From assembly GCA_013140705.1 (NCBI GenBank), contig JABFSH010000067.1, forward strand, positions 8,942 to 72,941: a stretch of DNA of 64,000 nt, given 5' to 3'. The stretch comes from Methylococcaceae bacterium. Lineage in GTDB: Bacteria; Pseudomonadota; Gammaproteobacteria; Methylococcales; Methylomonadaceae. The notes under the pieces are model-generated. The model was not told the DNA's origin, searched no databases, and was given only the letters and a program-made list of their open reading frames with translations. The position numbers and the translations under genes are program-made. Below, in pieces: positions 28,948-38,499 of the stretch (the first letter of the stretch is position 1; the number at the start of each line of letters is the position of its first letter).

Positions 28948-31344
28948 GTGAAAAAGCGTTCAAATAATACACTTGACTCCGATTCAACAAAAATCGCAGG
29001 AGAAAGCACAGTTGATTCGGCTGATACAACAGCTAAAAAAACCAGCAAATCAACTTTTTCAAGTACGGATGCCCAAAAATCAAAAAACACGGAAACATCC
29101 ACAAAAAAAGCAGCAGACTTATCTGAAATAACTGAATCCAAAATCGTTGTGAAATCTGAACCTTCAAGCCGAATCCCTGCGCCGGCGCCTCTTGATGCCG
29201 ATTGTGTAAAAATCGTTGAAGCCCGACATCACGATCCTTTTTCAGTTTTGGGACGTCATCAAAAAAATGATCAAATACAAATAAAAGTTTACCTGCCCTA
29301 TGCAGAAACCGTTCGTTTAGGTAGCAACGGCCCCTATTTGAATCGAATTAGTGGCACCGATTTTTTTGTCCATGAAACTTCCATTGGATCATTTCCCTCG
29401 GAACATTACAAATTATCCTGGCTGGACAAAGACGGCTATAGCCACGAGAACTATGATCCTTATGATTTTGGAACCCAGTTGCCCGAATTTGACCAGCATT
29501 TATTTGGCGAAGGCAGGCATTGGCACGTTTATAAAAAACTGGGCTCTCATATTCATACCGTCGACGGTATTGATGGTGTGCTATTTGCCGTTTGGGCGCC
29601 CAATGCCTCTCGTGTCAGCTTGGTTGGCGATTTCAACCACTGGGACGGTCGCAACAATCCGATGCGCAATTTGGGTGGAAGCGGCATCTGGGAAATCTTC
29701 ATCCCTGGACTCAAAGCAGGTTCTTTATACAAGTTTGAAATTTTAAATCGTGATACGAATGAAATTCTGGTAAAAACCGACCCCTACGGACAACAGTTCG
29801 AATTCCGTCCGGCAACATCGTCCGTCGTCATCAAGGAAGGTACTTATGTATGGCAGGACGTACAATGGATGTCGCAACGCGTCAAACATGATTGGCTACA
29901 TGAGCCGATGGCCATTTATGAAGTCCATCTAGGGTCATGGCGACGTGATAATCAGGGCAACTTCCTTGGCTATCGAGCGCTTGCTCACGAGCTGGTGGAC
30001 TATGTTAAAAATATGGGCTTTACCCACATCGAATTATTACCGGTTACAGAGCATCCGCTCGATATTTCCTGGGGTTATCAAACTACGGGCTATTTTGCAC
30101 CGACCAGTCGCTTTGGCTCTCCGGATGATTTTCGCTTTTTTGTTGATGCCTGTCATCAAAACAACATCGGCGTCATTCTCGACTGGGTTCCTGCCCATTT
30201 TCCAAAGGATTCGTTTGCGCTGGCGCGTTTTGACGGTAGTCCACTGTACGAGCATGAAGATCCGCGTAAAGGCGAACACCGCGACTGGGGCACACTGATT
30301 TATAATTTTGGCCGTAATGAAGTAAAAAACTTTTTGCTTGCCAGCGCCATTTTCTGGCTTGAGGAATTCCATCTGGATGGTTTGAGGGTTGATGCTGTGG
30401 CGTCCATGTTATATCTGGATTATTCCCGCGAAAATAATGACTGGATTCCCAACATGTACGGTGGCAACGAGAATCTTGAAGCGATCGACTTCCTGAGAGA
30501 ACTGAACACAGTCACCCACGATCAGCATCCGGGCACTGTGGTTATGGCTGAAGAGTCCACAGCCTGGCCACAAGTAACCCGTCCGACCTGGACCGGTGGC
30601 CTGGGTTTTTCAATGAAATGGAACATGGGCTGGATGCACGACACACTTGCCTATATGAGCGAAGAACCGATTCATCGAAAATACCATCACGATCAGCTGA
30701 CTTTCGGCATGCTTTATGCTTTTACTGAAAACTTTGCCCTGCCTTTTTCTCACGATGAGGTTGTGCATGGCAAAGGTTCGTTACTCAATAAAATGCCGGG
30801 AGATGAATGGCAGCGCTTTGCCAATCTGAGATTGTTGTATACCTATATGTATACCTATCCCGGTAAAAAATTATTGTTCATGGGCTGTGAATTCGGACAG
30901 GGTACGGAATGGAGTTCCACCAGTTCACTGGACTGGTATGTACTGGATTATGCACATCACCGCGGTCTACAAACACTCGTCAAAGACCTAAATCATATCT
31001 ATAAAACGCATCCGGCTCTGTTCTCGCATGATTTTGATCATCATGGTTTTGAATGGATTGACTGCCACGATGTACAGCAATCAGTCATCAGCTATCGCCG
31101 AAAAAATAAATTTGAAGAATTAATAGTTGTTCTCAATTTTACGCCGGTGCCCAGAGAAAATTATCGCATTGGAGTTCCTGAGCCCGGAACCTATACCGAA
31201 ATTTTCAATTCGGACTCCAAATATTATGACGGCACAAATCTAGGTAATGGCGCCACGTTATCAGAACCTGTCAACTGGATGAACCAGCCGCATTCCATTA
31301 ATCTCTCTTTGCCGCCTTTAGGCGCTGTAATTTTAAAGTTATAA
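28948..31344 (+). CDS. glgB: 1,4-alpha-glucan branching enzyme (GH13); start uncertain
   Basis: The canonical GlgB core runs from [11 protein letters not shown] onward. GTG 28948 follows GAGG at 9 nt and adds an S/T/K-rich extension of about 65 aa. GTG 29149 would give a canonical 731-aa protein but has no visible SD. The track start is TTG 28909. Confidence 0.88.
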   Translation: MKKRSNNTLDSDSTKIAGESTVDSADTTAKKTSKSTFSSTDAQKSKNTETSTKKAADLSEITESKIVVKSEPSSRIPAPAPLDADCVKIVEARHHDPFSVLGRHQKNDQIQIKVYLPYAETVRLGSNGPYLNRISGTDFFVHETSIGSFPSEHYKLSWLDKDGYSHENYDPYDFGTQLPEFDQHLFGEGRHWHVYKKLGSHIHTVDGIDGVLFAVWAPNASRVSLVGDFNHWDGRNNPMRNLGGSGIWEIFIPGLKAGSLYKFEILNRDTNEILVKTDPYGQQFEFRPATSSVVIKEGTYVWQDVQWMSQRVKHDWLHEPMAIYEVHLGSWRRDNQGNFLGYRALAHELVDYVKNMGFTHIELLPVTEHPLDISWGYQTTGYFAPTSRFGSPDDFRFFVDACHQNNIGVILDWVPAHFPKDSFALARFDGSPLYEHEDPRKGEHRDWGTLIYNFGRNEVKNFLLASAIFWLEEFHLDGLRVDAVASMLYLDYSRENNDWIPNMYGGNENLEAIDFLRELNTVTHDQHPGTVVMAEESTAWPQVTRPTWTGGLGFSMKWNMGWMHDTLAYMSEEPIHRKYHHDQLTFGMLYAFTENFALPFSHDEVVHGKGSLLNKMPGDEWQRFANLRLLYTYMYTYPGKKLLFMGCEFGQGTEWSSTSSLDWYVLDYAHHRGLQTLVKDLNHIYKTHPALFSHDFDHHGFEWIDCHDVQQSVISYRRKNKFEELIVVLNFTPVPRENYRIGVPEPGTYTEIFNSDSKYYDGTNLGNGATLSEPVNWMNQPHSINLSLPPLGAVILKL

Positions 31345-31362
31345 GGGATTGCAAACGATCAC

Positions 31363-32796
31363 ATGAAAAAAGTACTCTTCGTAACCAGTGAAGCACATCC
31401 TTTAATCAAGACCGGCGGTCTGGCAGACGTTTCTGGTAGTCTGCCAAAGGCACTGGCCGAATTGTCGCAGGATGTTCGCTTGATCATTCCCAAGTATCAG
31501 GCATTAAAAATTAGCGGCGAACTTCGCTATGTCTGCTCACTTCGCGTTGACAATAAAAATGTCAAAATTCTGGAAACGCGCATGCCCGGCAGCCCGGTTA
31601 CCGTCTGGTTAGTCGACTATCCCGGTTATTTTAATTATCCGGGCAATCCCTATGTTGACGAACTCGGTGAACCTTGGCCTAATAACGCGGAACGCTTTGC
31701 GCTTTTCTGTCGCACAGTGGTCGAAGTTGCCATGGACAGAGTCCACCAGGACTGGAAACCTGATGTCGTTCACTGCAATGACTGGCAAAGCGGCCTGGTT
31801 CCCGCTCTGTTATCGCTGGAATACGATAGACCATCGACCGTATTCACCATACATAACATGGCCTATCAGGGCTTGTTTCCAGGTACAACTGCAGCGACCT
31901 TAAACATGCCCGGTCAATTGATGCACCCATTGGGTCTTGAATTTCACAGCATGCTGTCTTTTATTAAGGGCGGCCTGGTTTATTCGGATTACATCACAAC
32001 TGTCAGTCCAACATATGCACTCGAAATTCAAACGCCGGAATTTGGCTATGGCCTTGAAGGCTTACTGGATCACCGCAAGGAATTTTTAGGCGGTATTATC
32101 AACGGCATTGACCTGGATCAATGGAATCCCAAAACCGATACGTTAATCAGCCAAAATTTCACTGAATCAACGCTCAGTAAAAAGCAGGTCAATAAATCGG
32201 CATTACAGAAAAAAATGGGGCTCCCGGTCAACGGCCGTATCCCGTTGTTTGGTCTGATTGGTCGCCTGGTCGAACAAAAAGGCATTGATTTGATTCTCGA
32301 CAGCCTTCCCGAAATGTTGACCATGCCTCTACAATTTGTTCTGCTTGGCAGTGGCGACAAAGCCTACGAGAAGCTACTGGAAGCTCTGGCGCAATCCTAT
32401 CCCGACAAGATTGCTTTAAACATCGGCTATAACGAGGAACTGGCACATTCGATCGAAGCCGGTGCAGATATATTCCTGATGCCGTCCCGATTTGAACCCT
32501 GCGGATTAAACCAGATGTACAGCCAGCGCTACGGCACCATTCCCATCGTCAGAAAAACCGGCGGACTGGCCGATACCGTCGTCGATGCATTGCCACACAC
32601 CATCGCCGATAACACCGCTACCGGCATTATTTTTAATGAGGCAACGGCAGGCTCCTTGCTCGAAAGCGTCAAACGGGCGCTACTTTTATACAGCAATGCA
32701 GAGATCTGGATAAAGCTTCAGACCGCCGGCATGAAAAAAGATTTTTCCTGGCAACAAAGCGCCCAGCGCTACTTAGCTGTCTACAACAATTTGTAA
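31363..32796 (+). CDS. glgA: Glycogen synthase (GT5)
   Basis: It has KTGGLADV at the N-terminus, is 477 aa long and starts 18 nt after glgB. Confidence 0.93.
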   Translation: MKKVLFVTSEAHPLIKTGGLADVSGSLPKALAELSQDVRLIIPKYQALKISGELRYVCSLRVDNKNVKILETRMPGSPVTVWLVDYPGYFNYPGNPYVDELGEPWPNNAERFALFCRTVVEVAMDRVHQDWKPDVVHCNDWQSGLVPALLSLEYDRPSTVFTIHNMAYQGLFPGTTAATLNMPGQLMHPLGLEFHSMLSFIKGGLVYSDYITTVSPTYALEIQTPEFGYGLEGLLDHRKEFLGGIINGIDLDQWNPKTDTLISQNFTESTLSKKQVNKSALQKKMGLPVNGRIPLFGLIGRLVEQKGIDLILDSLPEMLTMPLQFVLLGSGDKAYEKLLEALAQSYPDKIALNIGYNEELAHSIEAGADIFLMPSRFEPCGLNQMYSQRYGTIPIVRKTGGLADTVVDALPHTIADNTATGIIFNEATAGSLLESVKRALLLYSNAEIWIKLQTAGMKKDFSWQQSAQRYLAVYNNL

Positions 32797-32926
32797 CAAT
32801 CCCGATCCCATTCCCAGTGAAAAGGACTTTAGCTGGGAAACCATCCTTTTTTGCCAATAACGCCGAGATATTCTGTTATCGCCAAGCTGGTCATCAATTC
32901 ACCGCCTGACAAAGAGGAAACCTTGT

Positions 32927-34441
32927 ATGAACAAGATCCAGCTTCTGTATGTAGAAAATGTGATTACCCGAAAAAAACGCTCGGCCCAGCAGCAACTGTC
33001 GTTTTTTATGGTGCTGGAAAACTTAGGTTTCGACAAGCAGGTCGACGTTATCTGGCGTGGAGAGGATGCGGTATGGCACACATTACCCGCCAGTTTTCAC
33101 AGCCATCTGCAGCCCAACAAGGAATATTGGCTTGCCCAAATCACTCGCGAAGGCTCTTCCGAGCAATCGCTGCCCGGTAATATCGAGTTTGCTCTGCGTT
33201 ATCAGTGTTCAGACCAGGAAGTCTGGGATAATAACGAGTCAATGAATTATTCCAGTCAGGCAGATTCCGGCATCGTAATCGTCCGTGACCGGCAATTGCA
33301 GAATATTGACTTCTGCCCTGCATTTCATGAAGGTCAAAAATACCTGCCTGTCACGGTTGCTGTTGACCAGTCTCTTCATGCCCAGAAAGTAACAATTCAC
33401 TGGACGACTGATAATTGGCTCAGTAGCCATAAAACGTCCTGCCATTTCAAACGAAATTATTGGGACAAAGCGTATTTGAGTAACGCCCGAAACCCCAATC
33501 AGTATGGTGTCGAACTTTGGAAAGGCTGGCTAAAAGTAGCCAATGCCTTCCATGTGCAATACAGCATCGCCTGTGAAAGCCAGGGCCAGGTTTTATGGGA
33601 AAACAATACCGGCACTAATTATTCCGTCTCACGCAGCAAACCGCTAACCGTGCTAATCCTCAATCTACATTGTTATCAGGAAGACAATCAGGATTACAAA
33701 TTTTCCCAAATTGCCCGAGCCATTGACGAACGGCAGGTTGATATCGTCTGCCTTCAGGAAGTCGCTGAACTCTGGAATGATGGCTTAGGCAATTTCGAGA
33801 CTAATTCAGCCAAAATTATCAATGATCGCCTTGCTCAACCCTTTCTCCTTTATACCGACTGGTCGCACTTGGGATTTGATAAGTATCGCGAAGGAGTTGC
33901 CATTTTAAGCCGATACCCCATCATACGGCAGGATTCAAAATATGTGTCGGATACACACGATGTGTACAGCATTCATTCAAGAAAAGTCGTCATGGCCCAG
34001 ATCTTCATTCCCTTTATGGGACTGATTAATGTGTTCTCCGCACACCTGAGCTGGTGGGAAGATGGCTTTGCCCAGCAATTTAGCTGTTTACGCGATTGGG
34101 CGGATAGTGAGCAATCCGAATCCGTTAAAGCCACGCTGCTCTGTGGCGATTTTAATATTGCTGCCGGTTCAACCGGCTATCGTCTGGTGGTAGATGCTCA
34201 CGAATATGAAGACCAGTTTTTGGCTGCCAACGCTCACGGTGTGTTTGAGAAAGTTTTCAGGGTCAACGATCCGTATTGGCAAAACTATCTAGCTGAAGAC
34301 TATCGAATTGATTATATTTTCTTAAATAAAAACAATGATTTTCGTGTCACCTCAGGCGAAATATTATTTACGGAGCACGATTATGGGCGGGTTTCCGATC
34401 ACTGCGGCTATCTGATGACATTCGAGCCAGGTAGAAATTAA
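32927..34441 (+). CDS. Fusion of two CBM21-like glycogen/starch-binding modules with an endonuclease/exonuclease/phosphatase (EEP) domain
   Basis: Module 1 reads VLENLGFDKQVDVIW...IEFALRYQCSDQEVWDNNESMNYS. Module 2 reads VTIHWTTDNW...VQYSIACESQGQVLWENNTGTNYS. The EEP motifs CLQEV, GDFN and SDH are present. There is no signal peptide. GAGGAA lies 7 nt before the ATG. Confidence 0.75.
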   Translation: MNKIQLLYVENVITRKKRSAQQQLSFFMVLENLGFDKQVDVIWRGEDAVWHTLPASFHSHLQPNKEYWLAQITREGSSEQSLPGNIEFALRYQCSDQEVWDNNESMNYSSQADSGIVIVRDRQLQNIDFCPAFHEGQKYLPVTVAVDQSLHAQKVTIHWTTDNWLSSHKTSCHFKRNYWDKAYLSNARNPNQYGVELWKGWLKVANAFHVQYSIACESQGQVLWENNTGTNYSVSRSKPLTVLILNLHCYQEDNQDYKFSQIARAIDERQVDIVCLQEVAELWNDGLGNFETNSAKIINDRLAQPFLLYTDWSHLGFDKYREGVAILSRYPIIRQDSKYVSDTHDVYSIHSRKVVMAQIFIPFMGLINVFSAHLSWWEDGFAQQFSCLRDWADSEQSESVKATLLCGDFNIAAGSTGYRLVVDAHEYEDQFLAANAHGVFEKVFRVNDPYWQNYLAEDYRIDYIFLNKNNDFRVTSGEILFTEHDYGRVSDHCGYLMTFEPGRN

Positions 34442-34559
34442 ACGAGCACAGAAAATAATGAAATTTAGGGAGAGACTGTGAATTAAAATGACTGAGGCTC
34501 ACGAGAAAACCTTTCAAGATCCCAAGAAAATTGATTAGCCGCTTTTAACGAGGTAAAAA

Positions 34560-36155
34560 ATGCAGTTAGCTGAACACTATGCCAGACCCATACATGGTAA
34601 TTTGGGTGGTTTTTTTTCAAGAGTCAACGATTACGGTGATTTATTTTACATTCGCTGGGGAAAAATTGACTTTGACGTATTTTATGGCGTTCAGGCCAAT
34701 GTAAAAGTCATTATCAAAGTGTATCGTGATCACAATATTCGTGAAACTTACGTCGTCGACACTGACGCTTACGATGTCCAGTGGGATCGCCATAAACGCC
34801 ATACACGCGACTTTTATATCCATCCTGTTTCAGCCAATTTTGGCCACATAAACTGCATCAAGTTTTCATTTATCGTTCACATGAACGAACACTCGATTGC
34901 CTCGCAAAACGATTACATTTTCATGGATTGGCATCAGTTGCAGGGTGATAAGCCCCAATACCGGCATATTACGTCGGAATGGGCCACCGCCAATAGCTAT
35001 CGCACTCATGAATTAAGTGCCGATACGTTACAGAATGACGTCGATTGGTATAATCACCACGTTGATTCACTGAGGCTTACCCCAAAATTTACCAAAGGCC
35101 AGTTATATCACCCGTATCACCCCAAACGCTTCATTCACGATCATATCGATAAAGTGATCCACAGCAAGCATGAAAATCCGGGTCGACTCTGCACCATCAA
35201 GGTCAGTGTCGATTGTATAGATGATTATGACTTTATTAACCATCTCATTCACGCCCATCATCAGGGCGTTTGTGTACAGTGTGTGGTTGACTGGCGAAAA
35301 ATGACTTTGACCAATAGCCAGAACTACGCCCGACTGAAGCGTTCCGGTATCGAATTGCTGGGTGTGTTTTGCACACCGAAACATCATCTGATTGAAGTTG
35401 AACCTGACATGCATACCAAATTCGTAATCTTTAATGACGATGACTGCATCCTGGGCTCATTCAACATCACATTTGATCGCTGGTGGGCAAATTGGGAGTC
35501 CGGTATGACATTTCATTCACGCGGCATTTGCCGTTTGCTGGACAATATCTTCCAGAGTCAGCGCGGCGGCGTCAACCAAAAATATGGCATCGACCCGCTG
35601 AGTCCGTTCAACTTGTTTTATACCTTCGGTCGGCATGCCATGATTAATGGCAAGTATTACAGGCCCCATCATGCCATATTAGCCGAAATCCATCGGGCCA
35701 GACATTCAATCAAATTATCGCTGTTCCTGATTGGCGAACTGCTGGGTGATCATCATGACAGCGTTATCGATGCCCTGATTCAGGCAAAGCACCGTGGAGT
35801 TTATGTGCATCTTCTGCTAAACGGACATCTGGCCAGACAAGGCCGCGTGGGTGTTGAACGCTCGATGCACGATGAATTAAACCGGCCGCTATTGCCTGCC
35901 GTGCAGCGTCTCAAATCGGCCGGCATCATAGTTGGTTTGGTCTATGGACAGGATGACCATAAGATTCCCTATTCGCCGATTCACTCCAAATATTGCGTCA
36001 TCGACGACACCATTGTCCTGGAAGGCAGCTTTAATTGGTACAACACATCCACTTTTTCCCATGACCTGGTGGTTTTGGTCAACAATCGTGAGATTGCGCA
36101 GCCTTATCTGTATGAATTCGAAGAAATTCAACGCTCGTTTAGGGTGTATTATTAG
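34560..36155 (+). CDS. Phospholipase D superfamily protein with two HKD motifs and an unassigned N-terminal domain of about 190 aa
   Basis: HKD1 is HTKFVIFNDDDCILGSFN (His at codon 285). HKD2 is HSKYCVIDDTIVLEGSFN (His at codon 475). There is no signal peptide. GAGGT lies 6 nt before the ATG. Confidence 0.8.
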   Translation: MQLAEHYARPIHGNLGGFFSRVNDYGDLFYIRWGKIDFDVFYGVQANVKVIIKVYRDHNIRETYVVDTDAYDVQWDRHKRHTRDFYIHPVSANFGHINCIKFSFIVHMNEHSIASQNDYIFMDWHQLQGDKPQYRHITSEWATANSYRTHELSADTLQNDVDWYNHHVDSLRLTPKFTKGQLYHPYHPKRFIHDHIDKVIHSKHENPGRLCTIKVSVDCIDDYDFINHLIHAHHQGVCVQCVVDWRKMTLTNSQNYARLKRSGIELLGVFCTPKHHLIEVEPDMHTKFVIFNDDDCILGSFNITFDRWWANWESGMTFHSRGICRLLDNIFQSQRGGVNQKYGIDPLSPFNLFYTFGRHAMINGKYYRPHHAILAEIHRARHSIKLSLFLIGELLGDHHDSVIDALIQAKHRGVYVHLLLNGHLARQGRVGVERSMHDELNRPLLPAVQRLKSAGIIVGLVYGQDDHKIPYSPIHSKYCVIDDTIVLEGSFNWYNTSTFSHDLVVLVNNREIAQPYLYEFEEIQRSFRVYY

Positions 36156-36183
36156 ATTTCGAGAAACCTGAAGGAGGCCAGTA

Positions 36184-36981
36184 ATGTTGAAAAAGTTATT
36201 GTTGCTGTTTATATACAAAATACTTTTGAGCGTCAGTGCATTCGCAGACAGCACCGTCATTGAAGTCATACCCTTATACAACCGTCCGGCCTCCGAAATT
36301 CAACCCTTACTGAATCCCTTGCTGGAAAATGATGATCGAGTGATCGCCGATGGATCCAACTTATTGGTCCGAACCTCACCGATTCGACTGGCGCAAATAA
36401 AAGCCTTCATCAATAAACTTGATACCCATTTGAATGATTTGATTATCACGGTCATCCAAAGCCGACAGGCCACTGCTGAGGAACTGAATGCACAAATACG
36501 GGCACAAATATATCCGTCCGGCGGCAGTGTTGATGGGCATTATTATCAAACCCAGGATCGTAGCGATCACGATAACAGGCAGACGGTCAGAACCCTCGAA
36601 GGCAAACCGGCGTATATCAAAGTCGGCAATACCGTCCCTGTTCAAAACTATCAATCATACGTTACCGGCAATGGTTATGCCGGTGTATCCAGTTCGACCG
36701 AATTCGTTGAGGCATCCACCGGATTTGCAGTCACCCCGAGACTAACAGGGCAGCAAGTCATTCTTGACATAACGCCCTGGTCGGAAAATTTTGAAACGCG
36801 CAACCGCATTCAAGGCCAGCAAGTTCAAACAACGCTCACCGCCAATCTCGGTGAATGGGTTGGGATAGGCGGCATTGAGCAAAGTATGCAAGGGGGAAGT
36901 AACCAGCCGCTTGCCCGTAGTTGGCAGACGCATGACAATAGAATGCATGTGCTGATCAAAGTGGAAAAGGTTAACGAATGA
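36184..36981 (+). CDS. Small secreted secretin-like protein (NolW-like N-domain plus short secretin-type C-region)
   Basis: Signal peptide MLKKLLLLFIYKILLSVSAFA. The N-domain-like region reads VIPLYNRPASEIQPLLNPLL...LLVRTSPIRLAQIKAFINKLD. C-terminal segments (GFAVTPRLTGQQVILDI, TTLTANLGEWVGIGGIEQ, HVLIKVEKV) resemble secretin core motifs. GGAGG RBS. Confidence 0.55.
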   Translation: MLKKLLLLFIYKILLSVSAFADSTVIEVIPLYNRPASEIQPLLNPLLENDDRVIADGSNLLVRTSPIRLAQIKAFINKLDTHLNDLIITVIQSRQATAEELNAQIRAQIYPSGGSVDGHYYQTQDRSDHDNRQTVRTLEGKPAYIKVGNTVPVQNYQSYVTGNGYAGVSSSTEFVEASTGFAVTPRLTGQQVILDITPWSENFETRNRIQGQQVQTTLTANLGEWVGIGGIEQSMQGGSNQPLARSWQTHDNRMHVLIKVEKVNE

Positions 36982-37001
36982 ATTTTTATGGCTAAGGGTC
37001 T

Positions 37002-38498
37002 ATGAGTTACCAAGAACACGCTGCAGAAATAGTTGTTCACGCCATCGAAAAGCCAACGTTTGTCCGGCAACTCAAGCAGTTCCTAAGCGCCGACAACATA
37101 CTCTCTGAACCTGAAGACATGAAGCCTTATGAGTGTGATGGATTATCCGCCTATCGCACGCTCCCCTGGCTGGTCACGTTACCGGAAACGATAGCAGAAG
37201 CTCAAGCCATCTTACGGCTCTGTCATCGTCAGGGTGTGCCTGTGGTAGCGCGAGGTGCAGGCACAGGACTTTCCGGCGGCGCATTGCCAGCAGCCAATGG
37301 CGTTTTGCTAAGTCTGGCCAAATTCACGCGCATTCTCAGCATTGACCCGGCCAACCGTCGGGCCTGTGTTCAACCAGGCGTTCGTAATCTGGCCGTATCG
37401 GAAGCAGCAGCAGTATTCGGCCTGTATTATGCGCCGGACCCCTCTTCTCAAATCGCCTGCACCATTGGCGGAAACGTAGCCGAAAACTCGGGTGGCGTAC
37501 ACTGCCTGAAATACGGCCTGACCTTGCAGAATGTATTAGCGCTCAAGTTGCTAACCATTGATGGCGAAATACTGACGCTGGGCACAGAGGGTCTGGATAA
37601 CCCGGGTTATGATTTACTGGCGCTAGTCACTGGCTCTGAAGGATTGCTGGGCGTCATCGTGGAAGTAACTCTCAAACTTTTACCGATACCGGAAACTGCA
37701 GCGACCCTCCTGGCCGTCTTTGCCGACATAGAAAAGGCCGGCGCAGCGGTTGCCGCCATCATAGGCTCCGGCCTAATACCGGCAGGCCTGGAAATGATGG
37801 ACGGTCTCGCGATACGTGCAGCCGAAGCATTTATTGCAGCGGGTTATCCCGATGACGCCGAAGCTTTGATATTGTGCGAAATGGATGGTTTAACCGTCCA
37901 GGTGCAAGCGGATCTGGCCAAAGCAGAAAACATTTTCCATGCTTACGGGGCCCTTGAAGTGCGACAAGCGCTTAATGACAACGAGCGAAAAAAATTCTGG
38001 GCCGGACGTAAAGCGGCCTTTCCGGCCGTTGGTCGTATTTCCCCGGATTATTATTGCATGGATGGCACGATTCCCAGACGCCGTTTGGCAGAAGTACTGA
38101 AAGAAATTACCCGCTTATCGCGCGAATTTGGACTGTCCGTCGCTAATGTGTTTCATGCCGGTGATGGAAATTTACACCCACTGATCCTCTATGATGCAAA
38201 TAAGCCCGGCGAACTGGAACTTGCAGAATCATTTGGCGGCCAAATACTTCGGTTATGTATCGAAGTTGGCGGGACTATTACCGGCGAACATGGCATCGGC
38301 ATGGAGAAAATTAATCAGATGTGCCTGCAGTTTTCCACGGCTGAATTACGCCAATTCCTAGCCATCAAAGCTGTCTTCGATCCACAGGGGTTACTGAACC
38401 CCGGCAAAGCGCTGCCGAGTTTGCGTCGCTGCGCTGAGTTTGGCGCTCTGCATGTGCATCATGGTCATCTGCCCTATCCCGAACTCGACCGATTTTAA
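37002..38498 (+). CDS. glcD: Glycolate oxidase FAD-linked subunit
   Basis: A 498-aa FAD-binding PCMH-type protein (ARGAGTGLSGGA), followed by glcE and glcF. Confidence 0.9.
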   Translation: MSYQEHAAEIVVHAIEKPTFVRQLKQFLSADNILSEPEDMKPYECDGLSAYRTLPWLVTLPETIAEAQAILRLCHRQGVPVVARGAGTGLSGGALPAANGVLLSLAKFTRILSIDPANRRACVQPGVRNLAVSEAAAVFGLYYAPDPSSQIACTIGGNVAENSGGVHCLKYGLTLQNVLALKLLTIDGEILTLGTEGLDNPGYDLLALVTGSEGLLGVIVEVTLKLLPIPETAATLLAVFADIEKAGAAVAAIIGSGLIPAGLEMMDGLAIRAAEAFIAAGYPDDAEALILCEMDGLTVQVQADLAKAENIFHAYGALEVRQALNDNERKKFWAGRKAAFPAVGRISPDYYCMDGTIPRRRLAEVLKEITRLSREFGLSVANVFHAGDGNLHPLILYDANKPGELELAESFGGQILRLCIEVGGTITGEHGIGMEKINQMCLQFSTAELRQFLAIKAVFDPQGLLNPGKALPSLRRCAEFGALHVHHGHLPYPELDRF

Positions 38499-38499
38499 T

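Noticed and set aside
34488-34538. A 16-codon mini-ORF (MTEAHEKTFQDPKKID) with a GGGAGAG upstream, in the spacer before the PLD gene
   Set aside because: It is too short to support from sequence alone and has no leader-peptide-like codon pattern. I kept only a note that it could be tested by ribosome profiling.
35889-36281. A 130-aa minus-strand ORF spanning the PLD 3' end and the secretin-like gene start
   Set aside because: It is antisense to two ORFs that have good RBSs and recognisable motifs, and it has no features of its own.
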